DNA of 64,000 bases from Microthrixaceae bacterium (GTDB lineage Bacteria > Actinomycetota > Acidimicrobiia > Acidimicrobiales > VFJN01), in assembly GCA_052390255.1 (NCBI GenBank), contig JBQTHC010000007.1, forward strand, positions 2,745 to 66,744, in the 5' to 3' direction. Shown piece after piece: positions 9,437 through 22,528 of this stretch (positions within the stretch are counted from its first letter, which is position 1; the number at the start of each line of letters is the position of its first letter). The notes beneath the pieces were generated by a model. That model was not told the DNA's origin. It did no database searches and saw only the letters and a list, made by a program, of their open reading frames with translations. A program made the position numbers and the translations under genes.

Positions 9437-10885
9437 ATGCACACCAACCCTGATCAGGACTTCAAGGTCGCCGACCTCACCCTCGCCCCGTGGGGGCGCA
9501 AGGAGATCGAGCTCGCCGAGGTCGAGATGCCAGGCCTCATGGCGCTGCGCGCCGAGTTCACCGACTCCCAACCCCTCAAGGGCGCCCGGATCACCGGCTC
9601 GCTCCACATGACGATCCAGACCGCCGTGCTCATCGAGACGCTCACCGCGCTCGGGGCGCAGGTCCGCTGGGTGAGCTGCAACATCTTCTCCACGCAGGAT
9701 CACGCGGCCGCCGCGGTCGCGGTCGGTCCCGAGGGCACGGTCGCGGAGCCCAAGGGCGTGCCGGTCTACGCCTGGAAGGGCGAGACGCTCGAGGAGTACT
9801 GGTGGTGCACCGAGCAGGTGCTCCAGTGGCCCGACGGCGGCGGGCCGAACATGATCCTCGACGACGGCGGCGACGCCACGCTGCTCGTGCACAAGGGCGT
9901 GGAGTTCGAGAAGGCCGGTGCCGTCCCCGACGCCACCGACGACGATCCGGAGGAGTGGGGCGTCATCATCGACACGCTCAAGCGGTCGCTCGCCGAGGAC
10001 CCGAACCGCTGGACCACGATCGCGAGCGGCATCAAGGGCGTCACCGAAGAGACCACCACGGGCGTGCACCGCCTGTACCAGATGTTCGAGGCAGGCCAGC
10101 TCCTGTTCCCGGCCATCAACGTCAACGACTCGGTCACCAAGTCGAAGTTCGACAACCTCTACGGGTGCCGGCACAGCCTCATCGACGGCATCAACCGCGG
10201 CGTCGACCTGATGCTCGGTGGCAAGGTCGCCGTGGTGTGCGGCTACGGCGAGGTGGGCAAGGGCTCCGCGCAGTCCCTGCGCGGCCAGGGCTGCCGCGTG
10301 ATCATCACCGAGGTCGACCCGATCTGCGCGCTGCAGGCGGCGATGGAGGGCTTCGAGGTGAACACCCTCGAGTCCGTGATCGACAAGGCCGACATCTTCA
10401 TCACGGCCACCGGCAACAAGGCGATCATCTCCGCCGAGCACATGGCGAGGATGAAGCACAACGCGATCGTCGGCAACATCGGTCACTTCGACAACGAGAT
10501 CGACATGGCCGGCCTGGCTCGCCAGAGCGACGTGCGCAAGGTCGAGATCAAGCCGCAGGTCCACGAGTTCGTGTTCCCCGACGGTCACTCGATCATCGTG
10601 CTGTCGGAGGGGCGGCTCCTGAACCTCGGCAACGCGACGGGTCACCCGAGCTTCGTGATGTCGATGAGCTTCACCAACCAGGTGCTGGCGCAGATCGAGC
10701 TCTTCACGAAGACCGCCGACTACCCGCTCGGTGTGTACGTGCTGCCGAAGCTCCTCGACGAGCGCGTTGCGCGGCTGCACCTCGACGCGCTCGGCGTGAA
10801 GCTCACCTCGCTGTCAACCGAGCAAGCCGACTACCTCGGCATCCCGGCGGGCGGTCCCTACAAGCACGACCACTACCGCTACTAG
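9437..10885 (+). CDS. ahcY: Adenosylhomocysteinase (SAH hydrolase)
   Basis: [64 protein letters not shown]; start reset to ATG after AGGAGG. Confidence 0.97.
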   Translation: MHTNPDQDFKVADLTLAPWGRKEIELAEVEMPGLMALRAEFTDSQPLKGARITGSLHMTIQTAVLIETLTALGAQVRWVSCNIFSTQDHAAAAVAVGPEGTVAEPKGVPVYAWKGETLEEYWWCTEQVLQWPDGGGPNMILDDGGDATLLVHKGVEFEKAGAVPDATDDDPEEWGVIIDTLKRSLAEDPNRWTTIASGIKGVTEETTTGVHRLYQMFEAGQLLFPAINVNDSVTKSKFDNLYGCRHSLIDGINRGVDLMLGGKVAVVCGYGEVGKGSAQSLRGQGCRVIITEVDPICALQAAMEGFEVNTLESVIDKADIFITATGNKAIISAEHMARMKHNAIVGNIGHFDNEIDMAGLARQSDVRKVEIKPQVHEFVFPDGHSIIVLSEGRLLNLGNATGHPSFVMSMSFTNQVLAQIELFTKTADYPLGVYVLPKLLDERVARLHLDALGVKLTSLSTEQADYLGIPAGGPYKHDHYRY

Positions 10886-10909
10886 GAACCTCCTCGCGCC
10901 TCCCGGTCG

Positions 10910-11443
10910 TCAGCGCGCTGAGCGAACGGCCCGCGAGCGGAGCCGGGCGGCTCCGAGCGTGGCGCCACCGAGCAGCAGCACCGCGATCGCGGCCTGCGTG
11001 GCCGCCACCGCTCCGGACGAGCCGGTGCGGGGAAGGTTCCCCGCACCGACGGCGACCGTCGTGGTGGTGGCCACGGTGGTCGTCGTCGCGGCGGCGCCGG
11101 TCGTGTCGAGCGTGATGCTCATGACCGCCCCGCTGTCGTGACAGTTGACGAGCAGGGTGATGACGCCTGACACGGCCCCGGGGATCAGGGCCGTGAAGCT
11201 GAACGCGCCGGATCCGTCAGCGGTTCCGGAGCCGACGGTGGCGAGGCCCTCGATGTCCGCGGTGACCGGCCCGTTGGGAAGTGCCCCCGTCCCGGTGACC
11301 GTGATCGTGTCGCCGGGCGACGGGGTCGTGTCGGAGACGACCGCTTGGCAGCCGCCGTAGGCCTGGCCGCTGGCGCTCGGCGCAGGTGCGAGACCGACGA
11401 TCGCGATGGCGGCTGCGGTGATGAACAAGATCGGGCGGAACAT
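10910..11443 (-). CDS. Secreted Thr-rich surface protein with LPxTG-type sorting signal
   Basis: Signal peptide, beta-rich core with 2 Cys, TTTTV repeats, LPRTG followed by TM and basic tail. Confidence 0.7.
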   Translation of the reverse strand: MFRPILFITAAAIAIVGLAPAPSASGQAYGGCQAVVSDTTPSPGDTITVTGTGALPNGPVTADIEGLATVGSGTADGSGAFSFTALIPGAVSGVITLLVNCHDSGAVMSITLDTTGAAATTTTVATTTTVAVGAGNLPRTGSSGAVAATQAAIAVLLLGGATLGAARLRSRAVRSAR

Positions 11444-11619
11444 CTCGTGGGTCCTCCGTGCGCCGGCCACTCCACCTGAAGTGGGAAACGGTCCGGAGTC
11501 TCGCGATTGCGCTCCGACACGTCCATGGCCCGTTGGCGCATCACCGGACGCCGAGGATCATTCCGATCATCCGTCGTTGATCGGGCGAATCGAGAGATCT
11601 CCCTCGACGCCAGCTCGCG

Positions 11620-14078
11620 TCAGGTCCCGAGCACCTCGACGGGGGTCCGGCTGGCTGCGAGGCTCACGACTCCCAGCTGACTCCATTCGTTGTTGCCCCA
11701 GCACCGGACAGCACCCGCGAGGGTCGTTGCGCAGGTGTGCTCATCGCCCCCGCGGATCGACGTTGCGTCGGTGAGCCCTGCGATCGAAACGGGGGTGTAT
11801 GCGCTTGTGGCGGTGTTGTTGCCGAGCTGCCCGTAGGTGTTGCGGCCCCAGCACCACCCCGCGCCGCTGCTCACGAGCGCGCACGTGTGGTCGGCGCCGG
11901 TCGTCACAGCGGTGGCGCCCGCCACACCCGCGGCGACCGGGGTGACCGAGCTTGTGGCGGTGCCGTCGCCGAGGGCGCCGTGGTAGTTGCGGCCCCAGCA
12001 GGAGACGCCGCCCGTCGTCCGCAAGGCGCAGCTGTGGTTGGCGCCGGTCGCGATCGAGATCGCATCGTTGAGGCCGGTGACCAAGACGGGGGCGTACGCG
12101 ACGGACGGGGTGCCGCCGAGCTGCCCGAAGAGGTTGTAGCCCCAGCACGTGACCGTGCCGCCCGCGAGGAGCGCGCACGTATGGGAGCCGCCGGCAGCGA
12201 GCTGCGTGGCGCCGGTCACCCCAGCCACGGTCACCGGTGTCGGCGAGGTCGTCGGTGTGGCGCTTCCGCTTCCCAGCTGGCCGGCCCAGTTGTGGCCCCA
12301 GCACTTGATGCTGCCGCCGCTGACCAGCGCACAGGAGTGTTCGCTGCCAGCGGCCACCGCGGTGGCCCCCGAGACGCCCGTGACGGTCACGGCGCCCATC
12401 GGGGTGTTGAACCGCCCCGTCCCGAGCTGCCCATACCCGTTGCTGCCCCAGCACTTGACGGTGCCAGCGCTGAGCAGCGCACAGGTGTGGTACCCGCCGG
12501 CCGCGAGCTCGGTGGCGTCCGTGACTGCGAGGACGTCCACGCCACCAGAGGAGCTGGTGGTCGTCCGGTCGCCGAGCTGCCGAGCGCCGTTGTTGCCCCA
12601 GCACCGAGCCGAGCCTCCCGTCTGGAGGGCGCACGTGTGGTTGCCGCCGGTTCTGAGGCTGGCCACGGAGCCGGTCGCGGCGGCGGCCACCAGCGGTTGC
12701 AGGGCGTGGCCGACGCCCCCGTTTCCGAGCTGCCCGAAGCTGTTGGCGCCCCAGCAGGCGACCCCCCGGTCGCTCGCAGCGCACACGAGTGCGTCCACCC
12801 AGCCACCACGGCGGTCGCCCCCGACACGCCGGTGACACCCACGGGAGTCGGGGAGGCGAGGGTGCCGCCGTTTCCGAGCTGCCCGGACTCGTTCGCGCCC
12901 CAGCAGGTGACGGTCCCGCCCGCGAGCAGTGCGCAGGTGTGGGCCTGCCCGGCCTCGAGCAGGGTCGCTCCCGTGATCCCGGACACCGCCGCGGGAGTGG
13001 ACGACGCCGTGTACGTGCCGTTTCCGAGCTGCCCGCCGGCGTTGTAGCCCCAGCACTTGACACCCGAGCCTCCCGTCACCGCGCAGGAGTGGAGAGCGCC
13101 CGCCGCCAGCGCCGTGACCCCGCTGAGGCCGCTGACGACCGTCGGGACGGATGAGCCCGTCGTGGTTCCGTTCCCCAGCTGTCCGTTGCCGTTGCCGCCC
13201 CAACACCTGACCGTCGTGTCGGCGAGCTCCGCGCAGGTGTGGAAGTCCCCCGCCACCACCGAGATCGCTCCCGTGATGCCGGTGACGTCGACAGGAGCGC
13301 TCGAGTCGGTCGTGGTTCCGTTGCCGAGCTGTCCGTAGACGTTGTAGCCCCAGCACTTGATGGTCCCGCCCGCGAGCAGCGCGCACGTGTGGTTGCCCGA
13401 CGAGGAGACCGCGGTCGCTCCTGCGATGCCTGCGATCTGGACTGGAGCAGCGCTGCTGGTTCCGCTGACGCGCCAGCACCACACCGTTCCGTCGCTCAGG
13501 AGGGCGCAGCTCTCGAATCGGCCGGCGGCGAGCATCGTGGCTCCGGTGATCCCGGATACGACCAGTGGACTGGAGGAGTCGACCGTTGTGCCGTCGCCGA
13601 GCTGCCCGTTGTCGTTGCGGCCCCAGCACCTGACGGTGCCACCGCTGAGCAAGCAGGAGTGGTGCGTGCCAGCGACCAGCGCGGCAGGGGCAGGTGCAGT
13701 CGGAGTGACCGGATTCGAGGCCTCCGACCAGGCGGAGTCCTGGCCGGTCCAGCTGATGGCACGCACGTAGAAGGTGTAGGTCACTCCCTTGGCGAGTCCA
13801 GTCACCGTCTGCGTGGTGGCCAGCGAGTCGAAGCGAACGATGCCTGCGAGCGTGGCTCCGACGAAGATCTTGACCTCGTACGCGGAGAGCGTCGCGGGGA
13901 TGGACGCCAGCGGCGCGTCCCACGAGACCGTGGCCTCGCCGCTGCCCGCCATGGCACTGACGTTGAGCGGTGGTGGATCTGCGACACAGGACGCCAACGA
14001 CATGAGCCCGACCACGGATAGCGCCACGACGAGCAGCCGGCCCGACCCGCCAGCCCCGAACCATCGACGCACCCGCAT
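11620..14078 (-). pseudogene. Lipoprotein with FN3 domain and long RCC1/BLIP-II repeat array, split by a 1-nt frameshift near 12762-12767
   Basis: Lipobox LASC, FN3 motif, repeated HTCAL..GG.V.CWG.N..GQLG units continuing in another frame; G6 tract where G7 would restore the frame. Confidence 0.8.
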
Positions 14079-14201
14079 CCCGCCCCCCGCGCTCGACGGA
14101 TCCCGAAGGGTAGCTCGCTGGGTTGCCAGGCTGAGCCGGGGCTCCGACTTCGACCGATCTGCGACTCTTGCCGCTGCCGGAGGTCCGAGGCGGACCTCGG
14201 G

Positions 14202-15053
14202 TCAGCCGAAGTGCACGCGGATGACGGTGGCGGCCACGGCCGAGCCGTCGTTCGCGCTCGGCTCCACGAGCACGAGCACCCCGTGCTGCGCGCCGGCCGG
14301 AAGGGTGAACGTCAGCTCGCCGCTGAAGTCACCCATCGCATCCATGCGTCCGGTCACGAACGTCTCCGCGACAGGTTCGAGGGCGCCGTCGACGTAGAGC
14401 CGCACCGCGACGTGGCCCTCGAACGCCTGGGCCGCGCCGGCGAGCGCCTGCGGTGAGGCGATCGTCGCGCCCGCTGCGGGCGTGTCGAGACGGATCGACG
14501 CGGCGACGGCACCGATCACGAACCACGTGTCGTCCTCGAGCTGGCGCACGAGCACCGTGGTGGGCTGACCCTGCGCAAAGGCCCGAACCTCGACCTCGCC
14601 GGAGCGGTTGTCGCCTCGTGCGAAGGATCCGAGGACGGGGTCCGAGAACCCGACCATGTCGACGGCGAACGCGCGGGCAGCCGCGACCGGGTCGTCGAAG
14701 CGGCGCGACGAGGCGGGATCCGGGAAGACGGGGGTCGCGGGGTCGACCGTCGGCGGAAGTGCGCTCGTGGTGGTCGTCGACGAGGTGGTGGTCGTCGACG
14801 AGGTGGTCCCCTCGGTGGTGGAGGTTGTGCCCGCTGTGCGGATCTTGTCGTCGTCGCGAGTGATCGCGAGCACGCCGACCACCACGGCGACGGCCGCGGC
14901 CGCGGCAGCGACGCCGAGGATCAACCGGTTGCGCTGGACAGAGCGTTGGGCATCCATGAGCTTCTCCTCGATGTGTCGGAGGCCTTCGGCGGAGGGCTCC
15001 ACCGAGGTCGTTCGTGCGGTGATGGCGGCTCGCAGCCGATCTTCAGGGGTCAT
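14202..15053 (-). CDS. Membrane-anchored Gmad2 Ig-like domain protein, probable anti-sigma factor
   Basis: EDRLRAA N-terminus, single TM, Thr/Ser linker, C-terminal G.A.AFEG.V pattern; ATGA overlap with sigma gene. Confidence 0.7.
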   Translation of the reverse strand: MTPEDRLRAAITARTTSVEPSAEGLRHIEEKLMDAQRSVQRNRLILGVAAAAAAVAVVVGVLAITRDDDKIRTAGTTSTTEGTTSSTTTTSSTTTTSALPPTVDPATPVFPDPASSRRFDDPVAAARAFAVDMVGFSDPVLGSFARGDNRSGEVEVRAFAQGQPTTVLVRQLEDDTWFVIGAVAASIRLDTPAAGATIASPQALAGAAQAFEGHVAVRLYVDGALEPVAETFVTGRMDAMGDFSGELTFTLPAGAQHGVLVLVEPSANDGSAVAATVIRVHFG

Positions 15054-15583
15054 CGGAGGTCCTCCAAGCGCTCGGCGAGGCTCGCCAGCCCACGATGCGC
15101 GTGGGTCTTGACGGATCCGCGGGAGATCCCGAGCGTCTTCGCGATGTCGGACTCGGAGAGGTCGAGGTAGTAGCGCAGCGCGAGCACCTCGCGCTGGCGC
15201 TCCGGGAGCGCGCGCAGCGCGTCGAGCACCGCTCGCGCTGGTTCCTCCGCGAGCGCGCTCGTCTCTGCGGCTGGGGCGGTGCCGGGAACGACGTTCAGGT
15301 GACGGCGGCGCACGATGCGTCGGCGAACCTGCGACCGCGCCCCGTTGAGGACGGCACTGCGGAGGTAGGCGGGGAGGCGATCCGGCTCGCGCATGGCGGG
15401 CCCACGGGTCCACACCCGGACGAAGGCGTCCTGCACGATCTCCTCACAGGTGCCGACGTCGTCGATCAGCAGCGACGCCAGCCGGACGAGCGAGCGGTAC
15501 TCCGCGCGGTAGACCGACTCGAGGTCGGCCACACCCGCAACGGCGGGCCCGGGCTCATGATCGGCGGCGATGGAGGCCATCAT
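15050..15583 (-). CDS. ECF RNA polymerase sigma factor (SigE-like family)
   Basis: LVRLASLL..D....EEIVQDAF; LPERQREVLALRYYLDLSE..IA..LGIS.GSVK. Confidence 0.9.
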   Translation of the reverse strand: MMASIAADHEPGPAVAGVADLESVYRAEYRSLVRLASLLIDDVGTCEEIVQDAFVRVWTRGPAMREPDRLPAYLRSAVLNGARSQVRRRIVRRRHLNVVPGTAPAAETSALAEEPARAVLDALRALPERQREVLALRYYLDLSESDIAKTLGISRGSVKTHAHRGLASLAERLEDLR

Positions 15584-15649
15584 CACCCCGACAGACGCCC
15601 GAGGGGTACATCTGGTTGACCTGTCAGCGCGGGTTCGTAGCGTTCGGGC

Positions 15650-16222
15650 GTGCTCCTGACCCCGACCTGTGCGCTGTGCGGCCACGGTGGGCAGGCGGTG
15701 TGCCCCGCATGCGCCGCCGCGCTCGCCCCGGCTCGCCCGCTGCCGGCGCCTCTCGGGGTCGACTCCTGTGTCGCGCTGCTCGACTACTCCTCCGCGCGGC
15801 CGCTCGTGACCGCGCTCAAGAACGGCGACCGGCGCGATCTCGTGAGCTGGTGCGCGACCGGTCTCGCCGCAGCCGCCGAGCCCCGCAACCTCGAGGTCGT
15901 CACCTGGGCGCCCACCGGCCGCGCTCGGCGAATGCGTCGCGGCTATGACCACGCGGAGCTCCTCGCGCGCGCCTTGGCGAGGCGATGGGGGCTGCGCTGC
16001 GTCAGCCTGCTCGAACGTGCGCCCGGCCCCGCGCAGGCGGGCCGCTCCGCGGGACAGCGCCGCACCAACCCCGTCTTCAGCGCTCGCCGCACCGCGCCGC
16101 GAGCGGTCGTGGTGGTCGACGATGTCGTCACGACCGGAGCCACCCTCGCCGCGGCGGCACGTGCCTTGCGCAGCAATGGGGCCGAGGCGGTGCGCGCGGT
16201 GGTCGTCGCTCGGCGCCCCTGA
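15650..16222 (+). CDS. ComF family protein (PRTase-like)
   Basis: CxxC...CxxC, RRGYDHA, VVVDDVVTTGATL; position upstream of hpf. Confidence 0.88.
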   Translation: MLLTPTCALCGHGGQAVCPACAAALAPARPLPAPLGVDSCVALLDYSSARPLVTALKNGDRRDLVSWCATGLAAAAEPRNLEVVTWAPTGRARRMRRGYDHAELLARALARRWGLRCVSLLERAPGPAQAGRSAGQRRTNPVFSARRTAPRAVVVVDDVVTTGATLAAAARALRSNGAEAVRAVVVARRP

Positions 16223-16308
16223 CCTCTTCGGTGTGCCCGAGCGGCGGGTGCGGGGCGACCTGCGTAGGATGCGAGTGCAACGCACCAGACCCGGGAGGTT
16301 CCTCGTTC

Positions 16309-16644
16309 GTGGACATCACCGTCAGTGCCCGGCACATCGAGATCTCAACTGCACTGCGAGCGGCGGCCGAAGAGAAGATCGGCCGCCTCGGTCGTTTTCT
16401 GGACGGGATGCTCCGTGCGGAGGTGCACTTCTCCGAAGAGCGCAACCCACGGATAGCGGACAAAGAGGTCTGCGAGGTCTCGATGGAGGGCGGCGGCCAC
16501 CACGTGCGGTGCAAGGTCGCAGCCGCTGACCCGTTCGCGGCGATCGACCTCGCGGTCGCCAAGCTCGAGCACCAGCTGCACAAGCTGAAGACGAAGCAGG
16601 TCCTGCGCACGCACAACGGGCCCCGCAGCGTCATGGGCGCGTAG
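16309..16644 (+). CDS. hpf: Ribosome hibernation factor HPF/RaiA (short form)
   Basis: GGAGG RBS; DITVSARHIEIS...DPFAAIDLAVAKLEHQLHKLK. Confidence 0.88.
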   Translation: MDITVSARHIEISTALRAAAEEKIGRLGRFLDGMLRAEVHFSEERNPRIADKEVCEVSMEGGGHHVRCKVAAADPFAAIDLAVAKLEHQLHKLKTKQVLRTHNGPRSVMGA

Positions 16645-16707
16645 CCCGTCCGGGCTACGCTTGCGTGGCTAGTTCGGCGCGGCTGTCGCCGGGAGTCGAG
16701 GAGGGAC

Positions 16708-17412
16708 ATGACCGACGCCAACGCGCCGGATCAAGCGGAGCCAACTGCTGGCGACGCGATACGGGTGATGATCTGTGACGATCACGCCCTTTTCCGACGC
16801 GGGCTCGTCATGGTCCTCGAGTCAGAAGACGGCATCGAGGTGGTCGGCGAAGCCGAAGACGGCCAGGAGGCGATCGCCACCGTCGCAGACCTCGCGCCCG
16901 ACGTGGTGCTCATGGACGTCCGCATGCCTCGGGTCAGCGGCATCGAGGCCACCCGGACCATCGCCGAGCTGGTCCCGTCCGCGAAGATCCTCATGCTCAC
17001 CGTGAGCGACGAGGAAGAGGATCTGTACGGCGCGATCAAGGCGGGCGCCACCGGCTACCTCCTGAAGGAGATCTCGATCGAGGAGGTGGCCACCGCGATC
17101 CGGGCGGTCGTCGGCGGCCAGAGCCTGATCTCACCGTCGATGGCCTCCAAGCTGCTCTCCGAGTTCACGAACCTCTCCAAGAAGGCCGACGAGCGGCAGT
17201 CCGTCCCGTCGCCTCGCCTCACCGACCGCGAGCTCGAGGTCCTCAAGCTCGTCGCAGAGGGCATGAGCAACAAGGAGATCGCCGGCGAGCTGTTCATCTC
17301 CGAGAACACCGTGAAGAACCACGTCCGGAACATCCTCGAGAAGCTCCACCTGCACTCCCGCATGGAGGCAGTCGTGTACGCGGTGCGCGAGAAGCTGCTC
17401 GACATCCGCTGA
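16708..17412 (+). CDS. NarL/LuxR-family response regulator
   Basis: REC (DDH, LMDVRMP) plus LTDRELEVLKL...SNKEIA HTH. Confidence 0.93.
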   Translation: MTDANAPDQAEPTAGDAIRVMICDDHALFRRGLVMVLESEDGIEVVGEAEDGQEAIATVADLAPDVVLMDVRMPRVSGIEATRTIAELVPSAKILMLTVSDEEEDLYGAIKAGATGYLLKEISIEEVATAIRAVVGGQSLISPSMASKLLSEFTNLSKKADERQSVPSPRLTDRELEVLKLVAEGMSNKEIAGELFISENTVKNHVRNILEKLHLHSRMEAVVYAVREKLLDIR

Positions 17413-17499
17413 GCGCCGGCTGTCCAGCGCGCGCTTCCCAAGCGGGGCCATGCGGGCGTACGGTCGGAGTGACGGGCCTTGGATCGGAAGGGGGCTCGC

Positions 17500-17922
17500 A
17501 TGCCTCGCTACCTCATCATCGCCCACCGCACGCTCGGTGGACCGCACCTGATGGAGCACGTCCGCAGGCTGCGTGAGGAGGGGCCTTGCCGCTTCCACCT
17601 GCTGGTCCCGGTCGAGCACCCGATGGGTGCCTGGAGCGACGGGCAGGTCCAGGCCGCCGCGAAGCGGACGCTGCAGGAGGGCCTCGATCGCTTCCACGAC
17701 GAGCGCATCATCGCGGACGGAGAGATCGGCGATGCCAACCCGGTCTATGCGGCCGGGGTCGTCCTGCGGCGTGAGGGCGACGGCGCGTTCACGGGCATCA
17801 TCCTCTCCACCCTGCCTCCCGGACCGTCCCGTTGGCTGCACCTCGACGTGCCGTCGCGCATGCGCAAGGAGTTCCCGAAGGTCCCCGTGACCCACCTCGT
17901 CGCGGAGCCCGCCCACGCCTGA
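17500..17922 (+). CDS. Hypothetical protein, USP-like fold
   Basis: YLIIAHRTLGG...FHLLVP...GEIGDANP...IILSTLP..SRWL pattern of actinobacterial USP-like proteins. Confidence 0.6.
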   Translation: MPRYLIIAHRTLGGPHLMEHVRRLREEGPCRFHLLVPVEHPMGAWSDGQVQAAAKRTLQEGLDRFHDERIIADGEIGDANPVYAAGVVLRREGDGAFTGIILSTLPPGPSRWLHLDVPSRMRKEFPKVPVTHLVAEPAHA

Positions 17923-17974
17923 CCAGCGGGTCGAAGCAGTGCGCTAGGGGGCCGTCGGTAGACTCATCTCCCTC

Positions 17975-20707
<2,733 letters not shown>

Positions 20708-20708
20708 G

Positions 20709-21821
20709 GTGCGCGACTTCTCCGACCGGCTGGTCGAGACGCGCAAGCGCATCGCCGACGCCGAGGTGTACCTGCGGATCGCCGACCTGCGGTCCCGTCG
20801 ACCGCTCCTCGAGACCGAGGCGTCGCGCCCGGACCTGTGGGACGACGCGGAGGTCGCCAAGCGGATCACCGGTGAGCTGAGCGTGGTGCTCGGTGACATC
20901 GAGCAGTACGAGCGGCTCGTGGCGGAGCTCGACGACGCGGCGACGCTGCACGAGCTCGCCCGTGAGGTCGACGACGCCACCCAGGAGCCGGAGATCGAGG
21001 CCGCGCTCGTCTCGCTCGACGTCGAGCTGCGGGGGCTCGAGCTGCGCTCGATGTTCTCCGGCGATCATGACGAGCGCGACGCGCTGTGCACGATCCAGGC
21101 GGGCGAGGGTGGTGCCGACGCGCAGGACTGGGCGGAGATGCTCTACCGGATGTACGTCCGCTGGGCGGAGCGGCGCGGCTTCGAGGTGGAGGAGGAGGGC
21201 TCGACACCCGGTTCGGAGGCGGGCCTCTCGTCGGTCGAGTTCTTGGTGAAGGGGCGCTACGCGTACGGCTACCTGCAGGCCGAGCGCGGCGTGCATCGCC
21301 TCGTGCGGATGAGCCCGTTCAACGCTCAGGGGAAGCGGCAGACCGCGTTCGCGGCGCTCGACGTGGTCCCGGTGCTCCACGACGACGAGGTGCACGTCAC
21401 GATCGACGAGACCGACCTCAAGATGGACGTCTTCCGTGCGTCGGGCGCCGGCGGTCAGCACATCAACAAGACCTCGTCCGCGGTGCGGCTCACCCATCTC
21501 CCCACCGGGCTCGTGGTGTCGTGCCAGGTCGAGCGGTCGCAGTTCCAGAACCGCGATCGCGCGATGGCGATGCTCAAGGTCAAGCTCGCCGACCTCGAGC
21601 GTCAGAAGCGCGACGCCGAGCTGTCTGACATCCGTGGCGAGCAGCAGCGCGTCGGGTTCGGCAGCCAGATCCGCAGCTACGTGCTCCAGCCGTACCAGAT
21701 GGTGAAGGACCTGCGCACCGAGCACGAGGCCGGCAACGTGCAGGGCGTGCTCGACGGGGACCTGGACCCCTTCATGGAGGCGTACCTGCAATGGCGCCGA
21801 GCCACCTCGACGCCCAACTAA
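20709..21821 (+). CDS. prfB: Peptide chain release factor 2
   Basis: SPF recognition loop, GAGGQHINKT; continuous ORF. Confidence 0.96.
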   Translation: MRDFSDRLVETRKRIADAEVYLRIADLRSRRPLLETEASRPDLWDDAEVAKRITGELSVVLGDIEQYERLVAELDDAATLHELAREVDDATQEPEIEAALVSLDVELRGLELRSMFSGDHDERDALCTIQAGEGGADAQDWAEMLYRMYVRWAERRGFEVEEEGSTPGSEAGLSSVEFLVKGRYAYGYLQAERGVHRLVRMSPFNAQGKRQTAFAALDVVPVLHDDEVHVTIDETDLKMDVFRASGAGGQHINKTSSAVRLTHLPTGLVVSCQVERSQFQNRDRAMAMLKVKLADLERQKRDAELSDIRGEQQRVGFGSQIRSYVLQPYQMVKDLRTEHEAGNVQGVLDGDLDPFMEAYLQWRRATSTPN

Positions 21822-21836
21822 CCTCGCTCACACCCC

Positions 21837-22514
21837 ATGATCAAGCTCGAGAACGTCACCAAGGTCTACAAGGGCGAGGTCGTCGCGCTGTCGGAGGCGT
21901 CCGTCGAGGTGAACCGGGGTGAGTTCGTCTTCCTCGTTGGCGCCTCCGGCTCCGGGAAGTCCACCTTCTTGCGCCTCGTCAACAAGGAGGAGCAGCCCGA
22001 GCAGGGCAAGATCTTCGTCGCCGGCAAGGACATCGGCGCGCTCCCTTCGTGGAAGGTACCGCACCTCCGCCGGAACATCGGCAGCGTCTTCCAGGACTTC
22101 AAGCTGCTCACGAACAAGACGGTCTACGAGAACGTCGCGTTCGCGCTCGAGGTGATCGGTCGACCCCGCCAGGTCGTGCGCACCCAGGTGCCGGCGATCC
22201 TCGAGCTCGTGGGCCTCGCCAAGAAGGTGAACAACTTCCCCAACGAGCTCTCCGGCGGCGAGCAGCAGCGCGTGTCGATCGCCCGAGCGTTCGTCAACCG
22301 CCCGCTGATCCTCCTCGCCGACGAGCCCACCGGGAACCTCGACCCGGCCACCTCGGTCGGGATCATGCGCCTCCTCGACCGCATCAACCGCACGGGCACC
22401 ACCGTCCTGATGGCCACCCACGACCGCTCGATCGTCGACACGATGCGCCGCCGCGTGATCGAGCTCGATCGCGGGTCGATCATCCGGGACCAGAGCCGCG
22501 GCGTCTACGAGTGA
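21837..22514 (+). CDS. ftsE: Cell division ATP-binding protein FtsE
   Basis: [34 protein letters not shown]; follows prfB. Confidence 0.95.
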   Translation: MIKLENVTKVYKGEVVALSEASVEVNRGEFVFLVGASGSGKSTFLRLVNKEEQPEQGKIFVAGKDIGALPSWKVPHLRRNIGSVFQDFKLLTNKTVYENVAFALEVIGRPRQVVRTQVPAILELVGLAKKVNNFPNELSGGEQQRVSIARAFVNRPLILLADEPTGNLDPATSVGIMRLLDRINRTGTTVLMATHDRSIVDTMRRRVIELDRGSIIRDQSRGVYE

Positions 22515-22528
22515 CGCACCCCTGACCC

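Noticed and set aside
11700-13700. Periodic repeats (GCCCCAGCA, CCGAGCTG) suggesting a CRISPR array
   Set aside because: Codon-level RCC1 repeats (CWG, GQLG) within a CDS; no constant repeat-spacer structure and no cas genes
20709-20800. Possible programmed +1 frameshift in prfB
   Set aside because: ORF is continuous with no CTTTGA site, as is usual in actinobacteria
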